A stretch of 64,000 nucleotides of DNA from Eledone cirrhosa (lineage: Eukaryota): assembly GCA_964016885.1 (NCBI GenBank), contig OZ024742.1, positions 246,016,001 through 246,080,000 on the forward strand, given 5' to 3'. This document shows, in pieces, positions 1 to 12,889 of this stretch. The notes beneath the pieces were generated by a model. The model did no database searches. It saw nothing but the letters and a program-made list of their open reading frames with translations, and was not told where the DNA came from. How positions within the stretch are numbered: position 1 is the first letter of the stretch; each line of letters begins with the position of its first letter. Position numbers and translations under genes: made by a program.

Positions 1-603
1 ACACCCTCACACCCACACACAGGCAGCCTCTCACACACATTGCCTACCTACACACAGGCACCCTCTCACACACATTGCCTACCTACATACAGGCATCCTC
101 ACACCCACACACCCTCTCACCCACATTGCTTACCCACAGACAGGCAGCTTCTCACCCACATTGCCTACCCACACACAGGCACCCTCTCACCCACATTGCC
201 TACCCACACACAGGCAGCCTCTCATCCACATTGCCTACCCACACACAGGCACCCTCTCACCCACATTGCCTACCTACACACAGGCACCCTCACACCCACA
301 TTGCTTACCTACACACAGACACCCTCACACCCACACACAGGCAGCCTCTCACACACATTGCCTACCTACACACAGGCACCCTCTCACACACATTGCCTAC
401 CTACATACAGGCATCCTCACACCCACACACCCTCTCACCCACATTGCTTACCCAGACAGGCAGCTTCTCACCCACATTGCCTACCCACACACAAGCACCC
501 TCACACCCACATTGCCTACCTACACACAGGCACACTCTCACACACATTGCCTACCCACACACAGGCACCCTCTCACCCCCACACAGACACCCTCTCCCCC
601 ACA
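1..603. repeat. Minisatellite, about 35-bp unit (ACCCACATTGCCTACCCACACACAGGCACCCTCTC)
   Basis: Tandem variant units are visible directly; they explain the H/T/P-rich ORFs at 40-707. Confidence 0.9.
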
Positions 604-697
604 TAATAAACACACTAGTTTTCCTGACACAAAACAATAAAATAAAATGCAAAAAAAAAACTAAACCTTTTAAAGTGAGATTGAGTGCTAAACTTAC

Positions 698-958
698 CTG
701 TCTATAATCTATAGTAAATGCACCTAAATATGCGACTACACCAGATGCAAGCAGGACATCTCCAGTGATGCAAGTGTACATCTCTCCAAGTTCTTCAGCT
801 GCTCCTGTCCAACGGTCTTTTTCTCCCCCTAGTCCACCAATCAGCTGTTCAGCTCGGTCCAGCTTTTTAGAACAGATGTCAATGTTGTCTTCAAGTTCTT
901 TCTTTTTCTGGGTCATTGCTTCAAATTTATCATTCAAGGCTTGTAGTTTATCTGCAAC
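698..958 (-). CDS. DNAH3: DNAH3-like exon (stalk CC2)
   Basis: VADKLQALNDKFE...KLDRAEQLIGGLGGEKDRW...GDVLLASGVVAYLGAFTIDYRQ; CAG acceptor, GTAAGT donor; 261 nt. The gene continues beyond position 1. Confidence 0.94.
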
Positions 959-1239
959 CTGTAGATGGATAGATAAATAGACAGATGGATGGATGGACAG
1001 ATGGATAGATAGATAGATATATTTCTTTATTTGTCACAAGGGCGCACAAGAAAAGGGGACAATACAAAGACATGCCGGGGATTTTACATACAGTCGTGTA
1101 AAAAATATAAAAACAAACAATTATAACAATCGAAATCCCCAATAGGGGGGAGGCGCCACAAATGAGTTGTTTAATACCCCGTCGATAGAACAATCCTCAA
1201 CTCCAGGAGCGTGTTGTGCAAGTTGCTCTCTTCTTCAAC

Positions 1240-4200
1240 CTACAGGCTTATAAACAGAGAAGGCCCAATCACTTGGACCATTTTCGCATCATTCACCCAC
1301 CTTTCAGTAAATTTACTGGGGTGCAGTGCCTCTCTCTCCACTCTGATTCTCCTTTTAATGTGATACTTAAAGAAGGGAATCAATTGTTGTCCGGAGAGAA
1401 AGGCATCTGTCCTCAGTCCTCTCAACCTTGTCCACCATATAACTTTTTCACCATAGCCACCGTACAGAGGAAAACCGCCTCTCTTTCGTTTTTGAAAGAG
1501 GCTGGCGGTTTGATCCTTACTATGGACTCAGCAGTTGTTCTGCAGTTGTTCTGCATAATTCCACAGGTCGGTTATGCCCGGGCAGTGTACAATTGCGTGC
1601 ATCTTGGACACATCCTCTTGGAAGGATCCCTGCCGGGGCATCCGTGCCTGTAGATCTTGTCATGAACCGGTAGAGCTCCTCGGTAGCACTGCCAGGCCAG
1701 GGACCTCTGGAAGTTGTCCATAGGTCCCGGGTGGAAAGTCCTACCAAACAGACTCGTGAGCTCATCGTCGCCCTTGTACCGTACAATCTCTCTATAGATT
1801 GTCGAAGTGGAGTCTCCACTGATTGCTGCGCCCGCTTGCCAGAGGACTGTGAGCGCCTGTGTGCATTCAATGTGCCAGGCGCCCATCGTTTTCGGTCTTT
1901 TCTTGACCCAGGACTGCAGCTCTGTCAGCGAGATGAGCTGTGGGAAAGCCTGTCTCACAAACGGTGCCCACACCGGTTGGGGGTCGGCGAGGAATACCTG
2001 GAGATGCTGCAGCCTCAGCGCATCATCAGCAACGGCATTCCCAGCCCTCCGTTGGAAGGGTGCTGACAGCAGACGGATCTCCTCACCAGGGGAACCGGCT
2101 TCTTCAACAGAAACTTGAAGAGCATGCGTTCCATCTTGGTGCGGTGTTCACGGGGACAAGGCACGACAGTCAAGCGGTGGTAGATGACGGACGCTATGAA
2201 AGTGTTCGCCACCTCCGCTCGACCTTTCAAGGACAGTTTGCACTCTGCCCACTTCTGGGTGAGTGCAAACACCTTGGCCGTGACCTCGTTCCAGTTATTC
2301 TCCACCTGGAGGTCTGGACCGAACCAGACCCCAAGCAATTTCACCGGTTGGTCCGTCCAGCGTCCAACGATGCTGTCGGATGTCATCGGTTTGCCTCTCC
2401 ACCTTCCGAGTTGCAAACCGACAGACTTGTCCGGGTTTAGTTTTGCTCCCGTCAGCGTTACGTATTCTTTCAGTAAGTTGCCGATCACCCTGATTTCCGA
2501 GGTGCTCGACACCATTACCGTCACGTCGTCGGCATAAGCCGACGCCGCTTTGCGCAGTCCCAGTTCTAGAGGGATGCCCTGCAACAACTCCAATTTCCGC
2601 AGTAGTGGCTCTAGAGTCAATACATACAGAATGGAGGAGAGAGGGCACTCCTGTCGAATAGAACACGTGATTGCGAATGGCTCCGATAGGTAGCCGTTCA
2701 CCTTGACCCTCGAGCAGATGCTGGTGTGCATCGCCTCGATGCAGCCTCTGAACACGGGACCGAAACCGGCCGCCTTGAGAACCGCTTCCAAGTATTGATA
2801 GTCGAACCTATCGAATACCTTAGACTGATCCAAATTGATCAGAGCCCCACCAAAGCCGGGTTTACTACCCACCCTCTCTATGATGTATCGCATGAGGTGG
2901 AGGTTGTCGTATATGGACCTGGTCGGGATTGCACACGTTTGTGCTTTCCCTACCAGGTTCTCGACGACAAGCGCCAACCTCGTCACTAGCACCTTGGCCA
3001 AAATCTTTAACTCTGTGTTGAGCAGAGTTATGGGCCTGAAGTTGTTAATTTCGTCCCCCTTGTTCTCGTTTTTCCTCATCAGCGTTACTAGACCCTTGCC
3101 TGCAGAACTGGGAATTCTTCCGTTCTGCTGCCAATTGCAGTAGACGGCTTCGAGGATGCCAGAGAACAAGTCCGGCATGCCTATGTAAAACTCATAGGGT
3201 AGACCATCTAGACCGGGTGACTTGCGTTTCCCACAGCGGCCCAGAGCGTCCCATATCTCAGTGTCCGTGATCGGTCTTTCGCAGAACTCGGCGTCCATGT
3301 TCGAAAGACGCGGCAGGCCATCGAGGTATGAACTAAAGTACATTGCTCCGTTCGGCTCACCGTCGTTCTGCTCAAACAGTCGCTGAAAGGCAGCGCACAT
3401 TTGCTTGGGGTTAAGTAACACGTGTCCGTTTTGGTCTTTCAAAGACCGAATTGTGGACTTGTCACTTTTTGCCTCCACCACTCGGGCCGAGCTGACAGCT
3501 TTTGCTCCTTCATTTCCTAGAGCACGTGCTTTGCTTCTGACCATGCAGCCTTCGTGTTTTGCATCGAAGAACTGGTCCAATGCCATTCTTGACGCTAACA
3601 CTCTAGCCGCGTTGCCACTTCTAAGTGCCTCCGCTACCTTGGCTACTAGTTCTCTTTCTATTCTGTTTTTTTATAAGGCTAACTCTCTGCTATAACCTAT
3701 CGATTCTATTCTAATTGCTTTCTTGAGAGAATACCACCATCTATTGTTGACGATGGCTCCCGTTAACTGTTGCTTGACTAGTCTACTTATCCGTTCACTG
3801 TAAGCTTTACGTGTAGGCAACGACACGTTCAGCTTCCAGTATCCGAGTCTCTCTCTATGTGTTCTATCACGGTTGACTAAGCAGACGATTAATTTGTGAT
3901 CTGAATAGACAACCATGTGCATTCGTGGACAGCTTAACATCTCCTTGTCCCTTTCTCTAATGAAGAACCTATCTAAATACGATCTAGATGTCCCGCTGCG
4001 GTTTGCCCACATCCACTGTGGTGCAGTCGGGAAATCCAGTCGATACCTATCGGCCAGTTGGAATTGGCCGATTAAAGTTTTGAGGCTGTTGCACCCCACT
4101 CTACTGGGACATGCTCCCACATAGTCCCATCGTGCATCTAGGATACCATTCCAGTCCCCCACTAAAAGTAAGGAGCGAGACGTTCCCAGAAATGACTCTA

Positions 4201-4568
4201 GACGCTTAAAGAAGTCTGGCCGTGATTGCGATTGCCCGGTCGGGGCATAAACAGCCACCAGTCTGAAGGCTCCACCTCCAATACTGTTGATGTCTAGAAC
4301 TACCAGTCTACCCTCCGGGTCCAAGTGTACTTGCTGTACTTCGACGTCCAGGTTCTGCCACTCCACCCCCAGCTCCTGGCTGACAGAGAGATGCGTAGAT
4401 CTCAAAGTCGTCGAAGATGGGGGTTAGTTGCTGCCTGTTGTGGATCGTGGACTCGGTGATGGCTATCACATCCATACCGTGTGACCTAAGGTCGTTTAAA
4501 AGTTGGCCCTGTTTCCAGGGCATCCCTAGGCCATGCACATTCACGCTTCCAACTCATAAACTAGCCAT
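1240..4568 (-). pseudogene. Tx1-like ORF2 (APE endonuclease + RT), disrupted
   Basis: ATG at 4568 (MASL*VGSVNVHGL); APE motifs VAVYAP, GDWN, SYLDRF, SDH; RT in the 2015-3601 ORF; ends FISL* at 1240; several stops and frameshifts. Confidence 0.88.
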
Positions 4569-4609
4569 GTTGGTGAAGAAGAGTTGGAGAAAAAGGATGA
4601 AAGGTGCAC

Positions 4610-6385
4610 TTACCTTTTCGTTTCCTGGAGATCGGGTTGTTCAATCTCCATTTGGGTGCTGGATGGGGTGTTGGGTTGGGTGGGGAAACATTTTAACACG
4701 ACGTGGTTGATGGGTTTCTGGCAGGGGTTGCCCACGTCCTGTGAAAATTTATTTTTTAGGTCATTATAGGTTTCCATAGAAACCCTTATAAGTTTAAGGT
4801 GTGGAGACGATTCTGCCTTGATGAAAGTTTTGCCCTCCGTCTCCACCTTGGGGTTTTGGGAGATGACCTCCATCAAATTCTTGTTGTTTGTGTTGATATA
4901 TGCGTATTGTTGTTTGTGTTTTTGTTGTGTTGTTTTAGTTTGTTGTTCGTCCGGGAGTTTTCTTTTTATGGTGGGTGCTTGTGTTTGGGGTGGTGTTGGT
5001 GTTGGTTTTGCTGGTAGGAAGATGTTTGACTGTGGTGTTGTTTGTGTCTGTGGTTGTGTGTTGGTGTTGGTGATTGGAGTTTTGGGGGTTTTGTGGTGTC
5101 TCTTTTTTTTGTTTTTTAGATTTCCGCAGCTCTCCCTCTTCTTCACTTAAAGAAGGAGAAGCAGCTTCATCCGTCGATGAATAATCATCGTCAGGTGTGT
5201 GGGGTAGGGGTATATTGTGTGGTGGTGGTGTTTCGGTGTGTGTGTTTGATGGAGTGGGATGGGTGGGGCTGTGTTCTTCCGGGGTGTTGTCTCTGTTTTT
5301 TCTGTTGTTGTTGGTTGAGTGTCTGTTTGTTTTGGTGTGGTTGCTCGTTTCGTTTGTCGTTGTACTTGTGGTGGTGGTGTTGGTAATAGTGTTTTTTTAA
5401 TGATGTTGTTGTTGTGTGTTTGTGGACAAGAGGCTTTTTGGTGAGATGTGCTACCACAGTGAAAGCAATGAAATTTTCGTCCTTCTACTGAAATGTTTAT
5501 TTTGTTGTTATTGATGACGACTCTTTCGGGTATTTTGGAGATTCTCTCCAGTTTCATTTGCAACAGAATCTCCAAATCGGTGCCCGCCCACCTTTGTCGA
5601 ATAGATTTTTGTATCGAAAGAATCATATCAGTTTCTGGCTCTACGAAGCCAGCCAAGATCCACCATATGTTAATGTTTGGGGGTATATTTTTTATTTTTA
5701 TTTTTTGTGTCCTTTTTCCCATGTATGTAGGGAAAAAGGTGTATGCTTTTGACACCATTGGTGTCACAGAATGTTTTTGGCGAGTGCCTCGCTTTTAAAC
5801 AGTACGGAAACACTTCTGTACTGTTTTCCTCGCTGGAGAAAATCGATATTTGCTAGAATTTCCTTGAAAGTAGCTTCTATATCTGCTTGGCTAACAAATG
5901 TCGGCTTTCTTGTGGAATTTGACACAGTCCTAAAGGTGACTGATCTGTGAATTGTGTCTTCCTTTATTTCAAGGGGTGAGTTAATTCTAAACCCACCCTT
6001 TTCTTCGAAAGTTACAAATTTTCTCCCTTGGTGGAGTATATCTCTTGCATTGGAGATATCAAGATTTATAAAATCTTGTTTTTTGTTCAGTTTCAGCGAA
6101 AGACATTTTCTTTTTTTGTGTAGTGTTGCTGTTGTTGTTGTTGTTATCGTTGTTAGTCTCGGTGTTGGAAACCTCAGTTCCTTGACGAGGTAAAACATTA
6201 TGTGTAGATGTATCTGTGGAGTTGTTGATGTCTTTTTCATGTGTATGTATGTTAATGTGTGTAATTTCTGTGTTTTCCTGTGTGTTATTGTCAGTTTTCT
6301 CCGCTTCGAGGATAGAAATTTTAAAATCTTCAAGTGGTAACATTTTTTCCTCTTTGTTGACAGTCGTATCTATGGCGACGTCCAT
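4610..6385 (-). pseudogene. Tx1-like ORF1 (gag-like, zinc knuckle), frameshifted
   Basis: ORF pieces 6059-6433, 5764-6333, 5147-5767 (CFHCGSTSHQKASC) and 4610-5146, directly upstream of ORF2. Confidence 0.75.
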
Positions 6386-6667
6386 AGTAGAAGAAGCAGA
6401 TATAACGTTAATATCTGCCTCTTTCTCTCTCAACGTTCTCCAGCGTTCTTGTGTCGTTCAAGTTATTTAGTTTGTAAAATCTGATATTTTAAAACAATTT
6501 TTTAAATAAAATTTTCGCCCCTAAAGGGGTGAAAAATGGAATTACCACCCAGCTGACAATTCAGCTTGGGGGTTAATCTACAAAATAATATGTTTTTTCA
6601 AACAATTTGTTCTGTTTTTCGTATATAAATTTAGAAAAAATCTTACCGGCGATGTTTCACGCGTCAG

Positions 6668-7643
6668 ACAGAAAGATAGATAGATGGATAGATAGATATA
6701 TTTCTTTATTAGTCACAAGGGCGCACAAGAAAAGGGGACAATACAAAGACATGCCAGGGATTTTACATACAGTCGTGTAAAAAATATAAAAACAAACAAT
6801 TACAACAATCGAAATCCCCAATAGGGGGGAGGCGCCACAAATGGGTTGTTTAATGCCCCGTCGATAGAACAACCCTCAACTCCAGGAGCGTGTTGTGCAA
6901 GTGCTCCTTTCTTCCTTTTGCTCTCTTCCTCAACCTACAGGCTTATAAACAGAGAAGGCCCAATCACTCGAGCCATTTTCGCTGCATTCACCCACCTTTC
7001 AGTAAATTTACTGGGGTGCAGTGCCTCTCTCTCCACCCTGATTCTCCTTCTAAAGTGATACTTAAAGAAGGGAATCAATTGTTGTCCGGAGAGAAAGGCA
7101 TCTGTCCTCAGTCCTCTCAATCACGTCCACCATATAACTTCTTTCACCATAGCCACCGTTCTCTTTCGTTTTTGAAAGAGTCTGGCGGTTTGATCCTTAC
7201 TATGGACTCGGCAGTCAACTGGATTTGTCCCATACGCGACAGCAGTTGTTCTGCATAGTTCCACAGGTCGGTTATGCCCGGGCAGTGTACAATTGCGTGC
7301 AGGACTGTTTCAATGTCTTGCGCGCATCTTGGACACGTCCTCTTGGAAGGATCCCTGCCGGGGCGTCCATGCCTGTAGATCTTGTCACAAACCGGTAGAG
7401 CTCCTCGGTAGCACTGCCAGGCCAGGGACCTCTGGAAGTTGTCCATAGGTCCCAGGTGGAAAGTCCTACCAAACAGACTGGTGAGCTCATCGTTTTCGAC
7501 GCCCAGAGTCTCTCCAAGCACGTCGTCACCCTTGTAACGTACAATCCCTCTATAGATTGTCGAAGTGGAGTCTCCACTGATTGCTGCGCCCGCTTGCCAG
7601 AGGACTGTGAGCGCCTGAGTGCATTCAATGTGCCAGGCACCCA
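6668..7643 (-). mobile_element. 5'-truncated copy of the same Tx1-like LINE, head-to-tail with the full-length copy
   Basis: Nearly identical to about 1000-1885; keeps the CPRC...H...C knuckle (CPRCAQDIETVLHAIVHC), AATAAA and (TATC)n tail. Confidence 0.92.
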
Positions 7644-7910
7644 GCAGATAGATAGACGGATGGACGGACGGACGGGCGGACGGGCGGACGGACGGGCGGA
7701 CGGGCGGACGGACGGGCGGACGGACGGGCGGACGGACGGACGGACGGACGGACAGACGGACGGACAGACGGACGGATGGACGGATGGATGGATGGATGGA
7801 TAGATACATGGACAGATAGATGGATGGATTCATAGATAGACAGATGGATGGATAGATAGATAGACAGATGGATAGACAGACCGGACCGGACTGGACCGGA
7901 TCGGATCGAA
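7644..7910. repeat. (GATA/GGAC/GGAT)n compound microsatellite
   Basis: Read directly. Confidence 0.9.
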
Positions 7911-8179
7911 TGAGGAAAGAGGGGAGAGGAGGGAGTACTTAACCAAGATTGATTGATTGGAAGAAATAAGTACAAGTTGTAAATTGAATAATTTCTCACA
8001 CTGACACATGGCTGCACATTTATAAAAGTATAATTAACTGAATCAATCAACACCAGTGCATGACTGGTATATTTATTTTTATCTACTTGAGATGAGAAAA
8101 TACAAAGTCGACTCCATTGGGATTTGAATTCAGAATGTAAAGGATCCCAACTAAAACTGCAAAGTATTTATATGTAAGA

Positions 8180-9030
8180 TAATTGATGAGAATATGAGTG
8201 AGGATCTTCCCCACTACTGACAACAATAAGAAGCCCTGATGATTGTCATTGTGGCAATGGTCCCCTTGTGTTTATAGAAATGAATTACCATCACATCTCA
8301 GAGCTCCTGAGAGACTGGCTTTGTGTCCATGATAGAAGTAAACAGCTGGGTGAGATGTGCAGCAGTGATGTTCCAACTACACCTGCACACCACAGGAAGT
8401 TTACCTTCTGTACCAAGCACTTTCTCATTGGATATCTGCTAGAAGAGTCTTGTGATTTCAATGACAGTTGTGTGTGAGTGTGAGGGTGTGTGTATGGCTG
8501 AGGGAGTCATTCAGCTCTTCAATGATGGGATTCTGGATTTATAGTTCAGGATGTCCCCAAAGTCTTCAACCCATCATGCCAGGATGTGTTCTTGGTCCCT
8601 GGTCACTGATTGGCCATCAGCAGCATGTATGAGTGTGCTTCCTTTGAATGTAGATCATAGATTGCCCTCAAACTATTATAGAATGCCCTTGCATCATTTC
8701 TGTTAGCCACAGCTTGAAGATCTATTACCCTACAGTCCACAAATCCTTCAATCACAGCAGGGTGGCCCACTCAGTCTCTCTAATATTATGGCATGCTTCT
8801 TTCTTTGACACTGACATTATGTCATTCACATAGTTCCCATGGACATGATCTAGCAGTTCCCATGTAGCTGTGTCATCCTTGTCAAACCAATCTTAGTGCT
8901 TGTGTTTGTTAAACCCTAGAACATCTTCCATAACATGATGACTATGATTTCATAGTGTACCCCAATGGTTATCAATACAATTCTACTTCTTCATGCATAA
9001 AACACCAATTTCTAGTTTAACATCCAAAGT
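8180..9030 (-). mobile_element. Old RTE (BovB-like) LINE remnant
   Basis: Minus-strand peptide DLQAVANRNDARAFYNSL resembles the RTE-BovB linker; heavily decayed, boundaries approximate. Confidence 0.5.
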
Positions 9031-9089
9031 TTCCTACATTTATACAGATTCTCACATCTAAATTAAGTCAAAGAATGGGTTTCTCTAAA

Positions 9090-9425
9090 AGGCCTTTAGA
9101 GTAACATTACTCGATAGACTGCATAGCTCGGAGATCAGAGAGATGCTCCAGGTAGAGTTGCTTCTTCTCCAAATAGAGAGATCTGAGCGCCAACATATTG
9201 TCAGAATATCTCAGGAAAGAATCACTGGACAGATTTTATGGGCAAAACCAACTGGTAAGGAGACCCAGGGGTAGAACCCAAATAAGATGGGGGCTCAGCT
9301 AGTCTCACTTGGGGATCCAGCTAGATAAATTGGAGGCAGTTGCTTTTGACAGGGTCCACTGGAATGAGTGCTTGAGGACTCTGCCCTCACAACCCTCCCA
9401 GGAATAATTGGCCAAAGAAGAAGAG
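9090..9425 (+). mobile_element. RTE (Expander/Rex3-like) 3' end remnant
   Basis: Decayed SSEIREMLQVELLLLQIERS...PTG...RPRGR thumb/C-terminal peptide; GAA-type tail. Confidence 0.5.
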
Positions 9426-10546
9426 TATCTTCTATATATATCACTGATACTGTTCTGTATTTTTCTGACCAAGATACTCACCTCACAACGTCCCAGTTTA
9501 CTTAACAATAAACAAGTACCATACTGAAGTAGAGATTACTGCTATAATCTAAAATGGTTATTCTACAATCAAACAGTGTTTTCTTAGCTTACCAAATATA
9601 TGCCACTGTTTCTTTCTATAAATAAGCACTACTGATCTGCTAAAGAGAGTCTTTTGATTATTTGTTGGTACATTTCAACCAACAGCCACTAATCCTTCGT
9701 TTAAACTTTTCATTACCACATTTCTCATGAAATAAAATGCGTTTGGATTAATCAAAACAGAATTTGAAGGGATTTACTAAAATTATTCATTATTCCATAA
9801 AAAGAGTATTTGTAACATAACAAAAAGTTCTTATATCAAAATATGTTGGAAGATTTTAATTTAAACAGTAACTACGTGGGTTTGTTTTATAGAACCAGAG
9901 CTGGTTTGGGGGCCAGCCTGTATCAAAAGGCTTAAATAGTGATGGGAGTTGTAAAATTAAGAAAGAAAAAAAATCAGAAGTTTTGAGAGATATTTTTTTT
10001 TGTTCTATTAAAAATATGTCAACTATTCCCACTGGCTGGGTAAGTTACCTATTGTGTCTAAGGTTAAAGTATATAATATCCAGTAGCCCACTGAGTCATT
10101 GGGATATTACTAAAGACTTTTTATCTTTATGTAGTGTTATAACACTCATGCCTTTCCAACAGCATCAGCTAAGAGATATCAGCAATGAGTATCTTACTAC
10201 CCATCAAACGTGAGAAATTAAATGCATGTCAAAATGGTGTTAAAAAAGACCATCACCCAGACTGGGGTGTAGTCTGTCACTCCCTTTACCTTTCCTTTGT
10301 TGTTTAATTTCTGTAATCCTTTTTTTTTTCTTCTCTTCCTTATCTTTTTCTCTCATTTACTTATTGCCATTTATTTATACTGCACAGTTTTTATCACATT
10401 TTCTCTTTAGTTTAATCTTCTGGACGCTCTGGGTACATTAAGTCGCTGATAGAGTAATCTCCCCTTAATACATAATGCTGCATCAAGGGAAGCAACTCAT
10501 AAACATTTCTAGTGTGCTTAAGGTTAATAAACCTATTATATATTAC

Positions 10547-10754
10547 CTCTTTCAGTTGGGCCCGTTTTTCATCGAGTTTCTGCATCTGTGTACTCAACTC
10601 AGATTCAGCTTCAAAAAGTTTGATTTTCTTAGGAGCCACAATTTTGGCCACTTTGTCATACTGGTCCATTGCTCTCACCCAACGACACAAACCTTCGCAG
10701 GCAGTTGATGCTTGCTTTACTACATTGGGGTCAAATTCAGGATTAGGAATATAA
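10547..10754 (-). CDS. DNAH3: DNAH3-like exon (MTBD/CC2)
   Basis: YIPNPEFDPNVVKQASTACEGLCRWVRAMDQYDKVAKIVAPKK...LKE; TAG acceptor, GTAATA donor; 208 nt, phase 2-0. Confidence 0.93.
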
Positions 10755-11747
10755 CTACAAGAGAAGACAGTAGAATAATGGAATGAGATATTAAATTATA
10801 CTCTGAATAATGGAATGAAAGATTACATATATATTCTGAATAATGGAATGCTGTAAGTTGGAATTATAACACTAAATATTAAATATTTCTTAGAAAATGT
10901 AGAAAATCTCAAACTCAGAAAATAATTGTAAACACAGTCAATTGCTGTAAATAATAGCTTAGAAAATTGGGTAAAATACGCCTATAGATGGAAAAAAAGT
11001 ATCTAGCAGCCGCTACAGAGAATTGACTGTGTTTGCAGTATTTTCACCCTTTGAGATATTCTACATTTTCTAAGAATTTCAATTCACTCAATGCTCTGAT
11101 TAAATATTTACTCTTCCTAAGGTCTTGAGTTCTTTTGTGTTTTGTTCCTGTCTGTGCATGGGAGTATTTACAATTTTGAAAAGTTAGTCAAAGGAGAAAG
11201 AGCGGTAGCTACAACATTTGCAGAAGACCTAGACTATCTAGGGTGATACAGATGATATCCAGCTTGATCATCTGTTAGTCAATATAACTTGAACATTGGT
11301 TGGTCAATGTATTCAAAATAAAAATAGGGCCAGGGAGGATGTTACAGAGTGGTACTTCTTTTCCTTTTTTTTCTTTTTTACCCATAATTCCCTGTAGAAT
11401 CATAGGGGTACCATAGTGCCATACAGTGTATCTTGGACATTTTTGAAACCTGAAGGAGCCCAATTTCCTCTTCAGGTCTGAACACAGCCTATTTCTTCTA
11501 GAAAAGGAGAGAGAGAAATAGAATGACAGAAAGAAAAAGAGAGAAAGAGATATAGAAGAAGAAACAACCCTAGTATGAGACAGGTACTTTTTATCAACCT
11601 CGAAAGGATGAAAGGTATAGTTGGGGTAGACAAGTGTTAATATAGTAGGGGTTAGAGAGAGCACCATTAACACATATTGCAATGGTGTGGTCTGCCAACA
11701 AGCCATTGATCAAAGAAATGGGGAACAAATGTAAACTGTAGGAGGTT

Positions 11748-12743
11748 CATCATCATCATCATCATCATCAACGTTTAACGTCCGTGTTCCACGCTTGCAT
11801 GGGTTTGGACGGGGGTAGTCCCACTTGAGGCAAGAGTGATTGTCTTGCTCGCATAGGACTGTCTGGCAGGTTTTCTACAGTTGGATGCCCTTCCTAACAC
11901 CAACCACATTTACAGTGTGGGTCTGGGAGGTTTTTACCGTGTTGCCTACACGGCCACATTACAGCGTGGACTGTGTGTTTTTTGTCGTGACACCTACACG
12001 ATCTCATTTGTTTCGGCCTCGATGGCGCGGCACCAACATAACTTTACATAGAACGGGGTGGTGTGGATGGGGTGGGGGTGGTGGTGGTGGGACGGGGTGT
12101 ATTTTGTTAGAGATGCCTACTGGCTGGAGTAGGTTTTACTATATATTTAGGTAAGGCGGGTCTTCTCTGTTACTGAGTACCGCCAAAGGTCTCGGTCCAG
12201 TGACATTGTCTTGGAGAGGTGTAAGTGTGTGATGTCGGAGTTTATCAGCTCGTCCCAGATTTTTCTAGGTCTGCCTATTCCGTGACTACCGTCTATCTTT
12301 ATTGCCCTGCACTTTGTTATACAGCTATCGACTTTCATGCGCATCACGTGTCCATACCAACGTAGCCTTCTCTCGAGTAAACAACATCTGATCCCTCTTA
12401 TCTCTAATTTTTTCCTTAGTTCGTTTATGCTTTGCCGTTCACGTATATTACTGTTACACATCCAGCGGAGCATGCAAGCTTCGTTCCTCTCTAGTCTGCG
12501 TATATCCTCTGCACACAATGCCCAGGTCTCACTGCCATGCAGCATTGCTGTTCGTATGCAGGCATCGTACAACCTGCCTTTCATTTTTAGTGAGAACCCT
12601 TTAGCAGCTAATAGTGGTATAAGCTCTCTGAACTTTTTCCAACCAGTTCTGACTCTAGCTACTGTACTTTCAGAGCACCCTCCCCCACTGCTGATTTTAT
12701 CGCCCAGGTAACGGAAGCTGTCCACTATTTCTATAGAACCCTC
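11748..12743 (-). mobile_element. 5'-truncated RTE family-1 copy (3' ~1 kb)
   Basis: Reverse complement of about 36498-37490; ORF 12147-12725 has an intact C-terminus; (TGA)n tail reads as (CAT)n at 11748. Confidence 0.92.
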
Positions 12744-12889
12744 ACTTAGTTTATTTCTATTTCCTTTGTTAACTCAATAAATGGAACAAAGTTATTAATG
12801 ATGAACATGTGCCTGGTGTTTTTTAGTAATATTTTCATTCTTAGTTTTGTAGAAATTTAATTTACATTCCAAACATCTAAGTGTTGCCA

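Larger units (their letters stand above)
961..6665 (-). mobile_element. Full-length, decayed Tx1/L1-clade LINE (ORF1 + ORF2)
   Basis: 5'UTR about 6665-6390; ORF1 fragments with a CCHC knuckle; ORF2 with APE, RT (KSPGLDG, FRPITLLN, AYADD) and a C-terminal Cys region; 3'UTR with AATAAA (1031-1026) and a (TATC/CATC)n tail. Confidence 0.9.

Noticed and set aside
40-707. His/Pro/Thr-rich ORFs
   Set aside because: Translation of a minisatellite in all three frames.
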